From Macrostomum hystrix (lineage: Eukaryota > Animalia > Platyhelminthes), in the NCBI GenBank assembly GCA_950097015.1, contig CATNEN010000037.1:186001-250000 (forward strand): a stretch of 64,000 bases of DNA. Direction: 5' to 3'. The notes beneath the pieces were generated by a model. It had not been told where the DNA came from. It ran no database searches and worked only from the letters and a program-made list of their open reading frames with translations. Positions 26,000 through 36,571 of this stretch are shown here, piece after piece (within the stretch, counting starts at the first letter, position 1; each line of letters opens with the position of its first letter). The position numbers and the translations under genes were made by a program.

Positions 26000-27532
26000 C
26001 AGCAGCAGCAGCAGCATCAGCAGCATCAGCAGCAGCAGCAGCAGCGGAGTTCCCCTTTTCGACAAACACTAGTCAAAAGTTTGAATTAATTTTTTATTCA
26101 ATCGGCAAATCTTGCAGTGCACTCATCGCAAGCATGAGCGTCGTGGAGCACACATTCTTGAGCACGTTGAGGTTTTTTTCATACAGAGCTTGCGTGACAA
26201 CAAGCTTCACCAATAAGCACCGGCATTTCAGCAGCAGCAGCAGCAGCAGCGGTAGCATCTACCCACCCACACGAAGGAGGCGCCGTCATGGGAAGCTTCC
26301 GCAGAATAAAGATCCTTGGTAAAAATTAGGGGAGGAGAAGAATACGGGGAGTTTTATGGTTGGGCCGGATTTTTTTTGAAAGCCGAGCGGCAATTTTTAA
26401 ATCGCACAATTGAGCACTCAAAGGGGCTAGCTGGCCCCCTAAACCTTCCCCCATCTCTCCTGCTGAAGGGTGGACAACTTCCTGCGGTCCGCTACTTTAG
26501 CCACTTGTGGGGGAGGAACAGAAGAAGAAGCTAAGAGTGGCGCGCTCAAGCTAGTGCTCACTGCTCATCCCAAATAGCTTGAATAGGCTTTTCTTTTGTC
26601 CGGAGCATCATCTCCTCCCACTGGACCCTCTTCTTCTGAACCCCGGCGCGTGAGCGTTAAGTTATTATTCTCTCGCCACTTGGCAGAAAACCTCCACGAA
26701 TTCTAAAGGGGGTTAGTCTCTACAAACTATTAGACTATTTATTTGTAGGGATGGAATTCCTATACCTGCGAGTTATAGAGGTTGACAGTCACGGTGTCCC
26801 AAGAATACTCAACTATTGTTTTCACTGGTAATCCGACTGTAATGAATTTTGTATGAACTTCTTGGTCCAACCCCGACTTTTCTTACCCTGCAGATTTCAA
26901 GTCTCTTTCATGGCTCTGCTCAGCCGAGCGGAAGACCAGCTCAAAGCCGCCTGTTTTCTCCATCCTCACCGTCCATCATCAGCGGCCTATTGTCTATTCC
27001 GCCGCCTATGATGACTCCAACTGACGAGCTCTCGGTGTTTGATCAATACAGAGGAGAGGGTGCCTTGTTCTAAAAGGCTATTGTTCTAAAACTCTCAACA
27101 GTCAAGCTATGGATGGCACAACAAGTTGCTTCCTGAAGTTATTTTAGTTTTAAGGGCCAAGGCACCAGACTAAGCCCATCCTTTCATTAATTATTAATGA
27201 GGGTCAGGCGGCGGCGGCAGTGCTATAAGCAAGGGGATTACAAAGGATTAAGATCTGGGATCTCACGGGCAGCCGTAAGGCGCAAAGTTAAGGTGAGATG
27301 AGATGCGGGACACCTGCTTGTTGGACTCGGAACTGCCAGAGTTGGGCTGAATTCTGCAAGACTATGATTCTGTCCCGTCGGTACGGAGCACTAACAAGGA
27401 GGAAGAGTGTTGTCCCGGAATCAAGATATCCAAAGTTGCATAGACAAGTTTTGACGCCTTAGCAACGACACGTTTACTGTGACAGCCATGCTTTTGCGCC
27501 AGTCCCAGAATAATATAGCATCCCTGATAACA

Positions 27533-28380
27533 CATCAAAGGATTCAGATCTCGAATCAAAGGATTCAGATCTCTAATCTAAGTATTATGAACTCTAATCA
27601 AAGGATTCAGATCTCTAATCAAAGGATTCAGATTTCTAATCAAAGGATTCAGATCTCCAATCAAAGGATTTAGATCTCTAATCAAAGGATTCAGATCTCC
27701 AATCAAAGGATTTAGATCTCTAATCAAAGGATTCATATCTCTAATCAAAGACGTCAGATTTCTAATCAAAGGATTCATATCTCTAATCAAAGGATTCAGA
27801 TCTCTAATCAAAGGATTCAGATCTCTAATCAAAGGATTCAGATCTCTAATCAAAGGATTCAGATCTCTAATCAAAACTAGACGTCAGATTTCTAATCAAA
27901 GGATTCAGATTTCTAATCAAAGGATTCAGATCTCTAATCAAAGGATTCAGATCTCTAATCAAAGGATTCAGATCTCTAATCAAAGGATTCAGATCTCTAA
28001 TCAAAGGATTCAGATCTCTAATCAAAGGATTCAGATCTCCAATCAAAGACTTCAGATTTCTAATCAAAGGATTCCGATCTCAAATCAAAGACTTCAGATT
28101 TCTAATCAAAGGATTCCGATCTCAAATCAAAGACTTCAGATTTCTAATCAAAGGATTCAGATCTCCAATCAAAGACTTCAGATTTCTAATCAAAGGATTC
28201 CGATCTCAAATCAAAGGATTCAGATCTCAAATCAAAGGATTCAGATTTCTAATCAAAGGATTCAGATCTCAAATCAAAGGATTCTTCAGATCTCAAATCT
28301 AAGTATTCAGATTTCTAACCAACGGATTCAGATCTCTAATCAAAGGATTCAGATCTCAATACTCGAATTAAAGGATTCAG
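27533..28380. repeat. 21-bp minisatellite (AATCAAAGGATTCAGATCTCT)n
   Basis: Direct reading. Confidence 0.92.
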
Positions 28381-28907
28381 ATAAAAAATCAAAGGCTTTA
28401 GGAGAGCCCACCTGCGATTGTCTCCGGCCTAGGTGAAGAAACTGCGTCACCACAACACTACGCAACGTGATTTTTGTTACGAAATGTCTATTCATTACTG
28501 GACTATAGGACTTTTATCGCAGCAAAGCATTTCTTACCTGAAACGCGATAAAGTGCTGGACAATTTCGCAGTCGCTTATGGAACAAATTTCTTTCAGCTT
28601 TCTCAATTTATAAGGATCCAACTTGGAAAAATGATTGAATCAAGACACAGTCTACAACAGACTAACATGCGGTTTTTTGTATAAAACACCAGAAAGCTTT
28701 TGATTGGATGTGGGCGATGAGAGATCAGAACATCCGTGCCAACTGATTCTCTCAGATCACACCGGCTGCTCTCATTGGCTACATAGAGTGAGGCTGCGTT
28801 TACTGTAATTATTTCATGCCTAATCTGACATATCAATCAATTTTTGGCTGTTTTAGCTAAACACGACATGTAACAAGCTGCAAAGATGGGACACAGAGGT
28901 AAAAAGT

Positions 28908-29235
28908 TTGCAGACAGGTGTGACACACAGGTAACAACACTATACAGACAGGTCTGACACAAAGGTAGCAGCACTATACAGACAGGTGTGACACACAGGT
29001 AACAACACTATACAGGCAGGTGTTACACACAGGTAACAACAACACTATACAGACAGGTGTGACACACAGGTAACAACACTATACAGACAGGTGTTACACA
29101 CAGGTAACAACACTATACAGACAGGTGTTACACACAGGTAACAACAACACTATACAGACAGGTGTGACACACAGGTAACAACACTATACAGATAGGTGTG
29201 ACACACGTGTAACACCAAAATACAGACAAAGTGTA
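28908..29235. repeat. 34-bp minisatellite (ACAGACAGGTGTGACACACAGGTAACAACACTAT)n, left array
   Basis: Same unit, variants and orientation as 34620-35225. Confidence 0.92.
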
Positions 29236-29556
29236 AAATAAAATTGAAAAAACAAGTAAATTGTATTTTAAAACAATGAAAAGAGTAATATAAGACGCTT
29301 TTTAAAAAAAAAGCTTAAATAAGCGCAATGGTTACTACAAGTATTACTAATTGAATAGGATTGACATGAGAATTAATATCATAGCAACGGCACAAAAATA
29401 AATTTTGGCTAAGGATAAATAATTAATGTCTAAATTACTTTCTTATAAAAAATCGACAATAGAAACTTAAGTTTCAAACTGGGTCCTAAAAGCTATAAAA
29501 AATCAATGCATAACTTAGAAAAATAGAAAACGTGTTGATCTTGAGACTTTCCGGAG

Positions 29557-32500
29557 TCAGTGCTGAGACGTGATCTGCCACTTCAAAGCCTTGAGCGACC
29601 TTGCACAGGCCATTTCCTTCAGACAGGTCTGAAAAAAGCGAACTTCATATCTTTAGACATTTTACCAACCATGGCTGTTTTATGATAGCTAGTTACTATT
29701 TTCCCAGCATTAAACTCGAACAAGGAAAAAAATATTTTTGTGCCTTCGTCTTTATCTTATTTAACGAGTGATTGCATACACAGAAACCATTAGCAAAAGT
29801 CTTAATATTCTATTCAGCTTTGAAATGAAACTTCGAAAATAGTTTTAACGAACTAATAATAATAATAATTGCAGGAGGGCTGCGGGCAATGGCACATCAT
29901 TTGGCTGAAGGGTCGGTAGCAGAGCGGTTAACGCGTTTGCCTCTCGCCCCACGGTCCTTAAGTTCGATTCCGCGGCGAGGCCACATTCATTTGGGGCGCA
30001 GTCATTCGTGCAATTTACGCCCTTGAAGGCAAAGCTCCAAGGCACAGTGAAATGTACACTGCCTGACGATGAGAAAGTCAGGGCAGATGTACACACCCGT
30101 GCGAGCTTGTGCCTGCGTACAGTATCTGTGTGCGTGTGTGCTCAGGAGTCAGCGAAATGGGCAGAATTGCCTCCTCGCTGGCTGCGGGTCTAGTATTTCA
30201 ACGAACTGGAAGTTATTTGTGTTTTGTGACTAGTGACTCGGAATTCTCTCAGTCAGTCAATCGGGGTCTGACTCACCCGCTCCTTCACCAAGTCTTCCAG
30301 CTTCTGCTTCAACGCTACTTCGCTGTTGATCAATCGATGATGCGACTGAATTAGTCGAACGAGGCAGTCCGAATCGGTGGCATAGTACATCACCATGGCA
30401 ACCTCCTGCGAGTCGGCGTCTTCGTCCTGCACAATGGCATCAAAGTACGCCTCCGCACTTATTTCTCCTGGTAGAAACTCCAGGAGTAACGCCTTCATGA
30501 GGATGTCAAAGTTAGCCAGGTAATAGCTCATGTAGTTTCTTATTCGAATGGGAAAAATTTCTCTCAATTTCTCCGGAAGGAAGTCGAATTTGACGCCTTC
30601 AAAGAACTCTAAAAATCCAGGAATGTTGAAGTAAAACTTCCACGCCGAATCAGAGCCAGTCAGGTGTCGCCACACCAATTCCGGCGTTGCTTTATCCACC
30701 GTCAACTCGTGGGGCAGGTAAATGCCCCGGCTCACCGCATGGCCTTTGTAGTTGTGCAATACTGCAACCGCCTCATCCACACGGCCCAGTTTCAGAAGCC
30801 GCATCACTCTTAGGCCTTCTCGGGCGGTTTTGGCACAGTCTGGCAGCCTATTTAGGTCGGACTCAAATGACCGGAGGTCGCAGTCCTGTTCATCATCTTG
30901 CAGGTCAAGAAGCAGGACTCGCACCATGTCGTAGACTTCGTGGTACTCCAGCTCGCCAGCTGGGCTTACAGGCAGCAGTTGCCACAGGTCGGGAATGATG
31001 AGGAACGGGTGAAAGTAGAATGAGTTTGGGGATTTCAGTGGCTTCAGGGTTGCCCTGAACTGCTCAAATAGCTGGGGCAGTCGCTCCATGGTTTTTCTAA
31101 TCACTTCAGCCACTTCTTGCTTCTCATTTGAGCCTCCTTTCAGGTATACAATCGCGTCACGCAGGAAGAAGTGTCGCATGCACTCGCCTGTCTCTGAGCT
31201 GGCACTGAGCAGGCTGGCACGGAGTTTCTCGAAAGCTTTTATAGCCAAGTGCAGCAGGTTGCACGGCTGCCACTCACCCTGCGGCGTCTCTTCCAGCATG
31301 TAGAAGATGAGTGTCTTGGCGTGGTAGGTCTTCAGACCCGCGATCTTCTTGCCAATGACCTTCTTAATTATGAACTTGAGCGTCAGGAAGAGCTGACCCT
31401 GGACAGTCGTCAGGCTGCGCATCAAGCGGTTCTCCAAGAAGGTGGTGCTGAGCCTTAGGAAGCTTCCTTCCTGGCCTGGCGGAGCTGCGGTGGCCAGGTG
31501 ACACATGGAGCGCGCGGCTTCCAATTTCAACGCCAGCAGTACTTGGTCAGGTAGGCAAGTTGGGAAGCCTTCCTCCAGGATTTTAATTTCCGGGTAGCAA
31601 CAACAGCGGTATACGGTTACGTTGTCGATTGCAGGCCTGGCAAAGGATCCCAGTTCCGCCTTGGACGGGTTCGACGCTAAAAAGCAACGGAGATGCAAAA
31701 TGGAATCAGCTGAAAGCTATGAAAATGTATTTGGCATCAGACAGATCGAACGCACTGGCTCCGCTGAACTTCACGTGTCCGTTCTCGTAGTCGACAACGT
31801 CTTCGCCAGCTGCCTCTTCGCAGCGGCACAATCCTCGAATGTGAAGCAGGCGACCCGGATAGAATGACGTCACGTCAATGTCCGAGTCCGGGTCCGTCTT
31901 GCCGCTCAGCCGCACCAGACTGTTGCCCCAGCCCTCCGAGAAGCTGCCAACGATGAAAGTTGTCGACTCCTTGGATCTCTGTCTGATGATTTGCTGAAGT
32001 ACGTTGGCTGTGGCTCCTTGTACAGCAGAGCGAACTTCGTGAAATCCTGAGTCGACAAGACTATCGTGAAGCCGCAGGCTCACATTATCTGGCGCTAAGC
32101 TGCTTAAGTTGCGAAAATTGGCTTGATTTAATGTTTAATAATGAAAATATTGCAGGAGGGCTGCGGGCAATGGCACATCATTTGGTGACACTAGACCCGC
32201 AGCCAGCGAGGAGGCAATTCTGCCCATTTCGCTGACTCCTGAGCGCACACGCACACAGGTGCGTACATCTGCGCTGACTTTCTCATCTTCAGGCAGTGTA
32301 CCTGTGCCTTTGAGGGTACGGAAGGCCCACAAGCCTTCTCTCCGCGGCTGCGCCCCAAATGAATGCGGCCTCGCTGCGGAATCGAGCTCAGGGACCTTGA
32401 CGCGAGAGGCAAACGCTTTAGACCGCTCTGCCACTCACCCCGTGCTTAATTAGTTTACCTTAAAACAACTTAGCAACAGGACATTTTGTAGCTGAAAATG

Positions 32501-33925
32501 GAAGGCTTACCGCTCAGAGTTGATCGGTGGTAGGGTTTCAGAAGCCCGTGACTTCAAAAGCCGAATGCGCTCCACGATGGCGGGCAGGAAACTCGGGTCC
32601 GGTTTCAGTGCCAGAATTAGCGGCTCGTCGATGCTTGCGGCGGCCAAAGCCTCCAGAATCTCTCGAGCCTCCGCAAAATCGCCGTGAAAACACAAGGACT
32701 CAAGCAGGTCAATCTGCACCTTTAGATTATTGGACTCGCTCTCTGCTTCGGCTAAAATGTCCGCTACCTGTCTCTGGCCATTGTGCACTGCCAAGTCAAT
32801 GGCCGTTAGGCCCTCCTCGGATGCCAACAAAATATTAGCTCCAGCCCTGATCAACTCTGCGGCAACTTCAACGAATCCCTCCTGCGCTGCCACATGCAAG
32901 GCGGCGAAGCCTTGGTACTGCTGCTGATTGACATCGGCACCGGCGTCTGCCAGAATCTTGACAGTCTGGTGGAGGCCATTTTGGGCAGCAGCAAACAATG
33001 GCGACTCACCCGTCAGCTTTGGGAGGTTCACCTGTGCTTGAGCACTTAGCAGTGAGCGCACGACCTGGTTGTGCCCGTTCTGGGCCGCAATGTACAGCGG
33101 AGTGGAGCCGGTCTCGGAGGCCAGATCCACGTCGGCGCACGCGCCGATCAGAGCCTCCACCGCGCGCTGTTGGCCGTTCTCCGACGCGATATGCAGCGGC
33201 GACTCGCCGTTGAACATCTGCAGATCCACGTCAACCGTGCAAGTGTCAATTAGCAGCTTGACCACCTCCGAGTGGCCGTTCTGGGCGGCGATATAGATCG
33301 GTGAAGCTCCCTGCTGCTGCTGAGCGTTCGTGTCGGCGCCCGCTTCCGCTAGGGCCTTAGTCAGCTTCGCGTGGCCACTTTCTGCGGCTATGTAAATCGG
33401 CGACTCCGCGGTAATTTTAGGCAGGTCCGGGTTCGCCCCGGAGTTCAGCAGCAGGCAGGCCAGCCGGTTGTGGCCTTTCTCCACCGCGAGGTACAGCGGC
33501 GTTGCGCCAGACTCTTGGCGAGCGTCAACATTCGCCTGGGCTGCAATGAGGCTGCGGGCCACCTGGAAGTGGTTGTTAAGGACTGCAAGGTGCAGCGCCG
33601 AGTAGCCCTGGCTCTGCAGGGCATTCACGTCCGCCTGGAAGACTAGCAGCTCGTCCGTCACCGCCTTGCTGCCAGCATCCGCTGCCAGATGAAGCGGCGT
33701 CAAGTCGGAGCTGACAGTTGACAGGCTGGGATCCGCGCCAGCTAGGAGCAGGGCTGCCGCAAACTCAGCTCGGCCTAGGTTGGAGGCCAGGTGCAAGGCG
33801 CTGATTCCAGCATTGTTAATGGCATCGGCCCTGTGACCCTGACGCAGCAGCTGCTCGAGACCTGGCAGGTCTCCCCTCAGGACTGCGTTCATTAACTCCG
33901 CTGCCTGGTCAGCGGTGGAAGCCAT
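29557..33925 (-). CDS. Ankyrin-repeat / cGAS-like receptor (Mab-21 nucleotidyltransferase) fusion; exons 33925-32511, 32099-31756, 31676-30277, 29628-29557 (1076 aa), or exon 3 read through to the stop at 30253 (1060 aa)
   Basis: Exon 1 has 12 ANK repeats (TPLHLAA-type). Donor GAGCG|GTAAGC (phase 2) joins acceptor TAAGCAG|C in frame. GSFSEG..DSDID in exon 2; 79-bp intron GCCA|GTGCGT..TTTTTAG; IDNV third Asp, LRLSTTFLE, LKTYHAKT, HFF Mab-21 motifs in exon 3; donor CGG|GTGAGT and acceptor TTTTTTCAG give an in-frame exon 4. Domains are certain; the splicing is predicted. Confidence 0.8.
29855..30195 (+). mobile_element. tRNA-derived SINE copy 1 with 5' inversion (body on +, 3' end and (ATT)n tail on -), about 12-bp TSD
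   Basis: A box GGTAGCAGAGCGG and B box GTTCGATTCC at 29910-29965; TSD TTTTAACGAACT (29843-29854) / TTTCAACGAACT (30196-30207). Confidence 0.82.
32137..32441 (-). mobile_element. tRNA-derived SINE copy 2, collinear, in intron 1 of the ANK-cGLR gene
   Basis: A box TGGCAGAGCGG and B-box-like GCTCGATTCC on minus; body and 3' end homologous to copy 1, including a 55-bp identical block. Confidence 0.85.
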
Positions 33926-34619
33926 GTTTGTGATCGACAAATAGATTTTTCTCTTCTAGGCTCGGCGTTGCGTACCATGTGTTTTTGTAGAAGGCGAAAA
34001 TATATAGAAACCACATAGTACCCAAGTTCTCTTTTTTGAATAAACAATTAAAAGGACCGGATAGGGGATAGGGAGAGGAATGTACAAAGCAGAAATTTCT
34101 TGTACAGATCCACCAACCCCTTGACCGTACTGCTGTGAGTGCAAAGCTTTGTGCATGGCTTTCAATAGCTAGTAGCAGTAAAGGCGCAGTGCTGTACACA
34201 GCCGAGACAATCGACGCACAACCAACAGAAACGATAAGAGTATGAGCTGCTTGTCCAGCTACAATACAGGCTACAATACAGAACTGTACAGATGACTGCT
34301 TATACGAGAGGTAACGTTGACGCGGATGATTTTGACAATGAAAAGTTCTAGAGACACATTCTTAGGATTGTGTCTAACACTTACTGAATCAATATGAAGC
34401 TTATGAGCAGTTAGGAATGAGCTCATTTGAAGTATTCAGCCTTTGCATTATGATTAGGCTAGCTAGGGGCTCTTAAAATAAGTTAGGTTTCACCTCGTGA
34501 CCACTGACGAGGCTAAGGATGAAAGATTAGAGGACGACTTGAGCCGCAGCAACACCTGTTCATCAACGATCTAAGCCATCTCAGCTTTAGCTACGAGTCA
34601 AAAAGACAAACGCACTAAA

Positions 34620-35225
34620 GAGACAGGCGTGACACACAGGTAACAACACTATACAGACAGGTGTGACACACAGGTAACAACACTATACAGACAGGTGTGA
34701 CACACAGGTAACAACACTATACAGACAGGTGTGACACACGTGTAACACCAAAATACAGACAAAGTGTGACACACAGGTAACAACACTATACAGACAGGTG
34801 TGGCACACAGGTAACAACACTATACAGACAGGTGTGACACACAGGTAACAACACTATACAGACAGGTCTGACACAAAGGTAGCAGCACTATACAGACAGG
34901 TGTGACACACAGGTAACAACACTATACAGACAGGTCTGACACAAAGGTAGCAGCACTATACAGACAGGTGTTACACACAGGTAACAACACTATACAGACA
35001 GGTGTTACACACAGGTAACAACACTATACAGACAGGTGTGACACACGTGTAACACCAAAATACAGACAAAGTGTGACACACAGGTAACAACACTATACAG
35101 ACAGGTGTGACACACGTGTAACACCAAAATACAGACAAAGTGTGACACACAGGTAACAACACTATACAGACAGGTGTGGCACACAGGTAACAACACTATA
35201 CAGACAGGTGTGGCACACATAGGCA
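34620..35225. repeat. 34-bp minisatellite, right array
   Basis: Same family as 28908-29235. Confidence 0.92.
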
Positions 35226-35779
35226 ACACAAACAGTGATTCATTCGAACTACTGAATTTCAGTAAGAAAATAAAAGAAAGAAAAAAGTATTGAAGTTATT
35301 AACGGTTATCAGCAAATGCTGAATGGCGAACTGTAAAAAACTTAACTGAAATGCATCCGTTGAAGCTGGGCTATAAGTGGATGGGAAAAATATCCCTTTG
35401 TTTTTATTATAAAAATGCAGATACGAGTATAGTCTCATGACGACCTGACTGACAGTTATTGAAAAAATGATACAATTTTACTAACAAATAACTTTTGCTA
35501 CGAAATAAAAGAGTGAAAACAGTACATCTGTTTTGCTTCGCGAAAAAAATTGTTGAAACAAAACATCAAGACAAATATTAAGCGCTTGTGGAAGAATGAA
35601 TATTCACACACACAAATACTAACTGTATAATTAGAATGCTAAAAAGCAAAGATAAAAACTGAGTACATACTATTAGTTTTTAATAAAGAAAATAACATGA
35701 ATGCAAAACTGCAACAAATATGAAAACGGCCTAAACACTTAAGAGCACATAAGCACTTGTAGTGAAACGCCTCCGATCA

Positions 35780-36365
35780 CTAGAATGACTGTCCCAATCG
35801 CTAAACTGACTGTCAGGATCACTAAAGTATCTGTCACGATCTATAAACTGTCTGTCACGATCACTAAACTGTCTGTCACGATCAATAAATTGACTGTCAG
35901 GATCACTAAACTGTCTGTCGCGATCAATAAACGGACTGTCACGATCACTAGAATGACTGCCCCAATCGCTAAACTGACTGTCAGGATCACTAAACTGACT
36001 GTCAGGATCACTAAACTGACTGTCACGATCACTAAACTGTCTGTCAGGATTACTAAACTGTCTGTCACGATCAATAAACTGTCTGTCACGATCACTAAAC
36101 TGTCTGTCACGATCAATAAACTGACTGTCACGATCACTAAACTGACTGTCACGATCATTAAACTGACTGTCACGATCACTAAACTGTCTGTCACGATCAC
36201 TAAACTGACTGTCACAATCACTAAAATGACTGTCACAATCACTAAAATGACTGTTAGGATCACTAAAATGACTGTCACGATCACTAAACTGACTGTCACG
36301 ATCACTAAACTGTCTGTCACGATCACTAAACTGTCTGTCACGATCACTAAACTGACTGTCAGGAT
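35780..36365. repeat. 21-bp minisatellite (ACTAAACTGACTGTCACGATC)n downstream of the MORC stop
   Basis: Direct reading. Confidence 0.9.
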
Positions 36366-36571
36366 CGCTTTATCTAAACAAATACATTCCTTGGTATTCT
36401 AGTTTAAAAGCATCACTCCTAGGAGACGAAGAGAAGTTGTATATGGCACAGAAACAATGTCTTTAATCTCTGTTATACATGTATGTGGCCATTCCAAATC
36501 CCAAAAAAGAATGCCAGGATGGCCACTTAATGTTTTAAATTGCTACAACTCGAATATCCTAACAATGGGCG

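Noticed and set aside
27340-27530. HSKRVVAKASK resembling CR1/L2 ORF2
   Set aside because: Too short and degenerate to support a call.
34495-34530. CTGACGAG...GAAA hammerhead ribozyme core
   Set aside because: Stem II cannot pair and flanking stems are absent.
35785-36402. TITKLTV-repeat ORF resembling a beta-solenoid or antifreeze protein
   Set aside because: 21-bp array open on both strands with no unique coding flanks.
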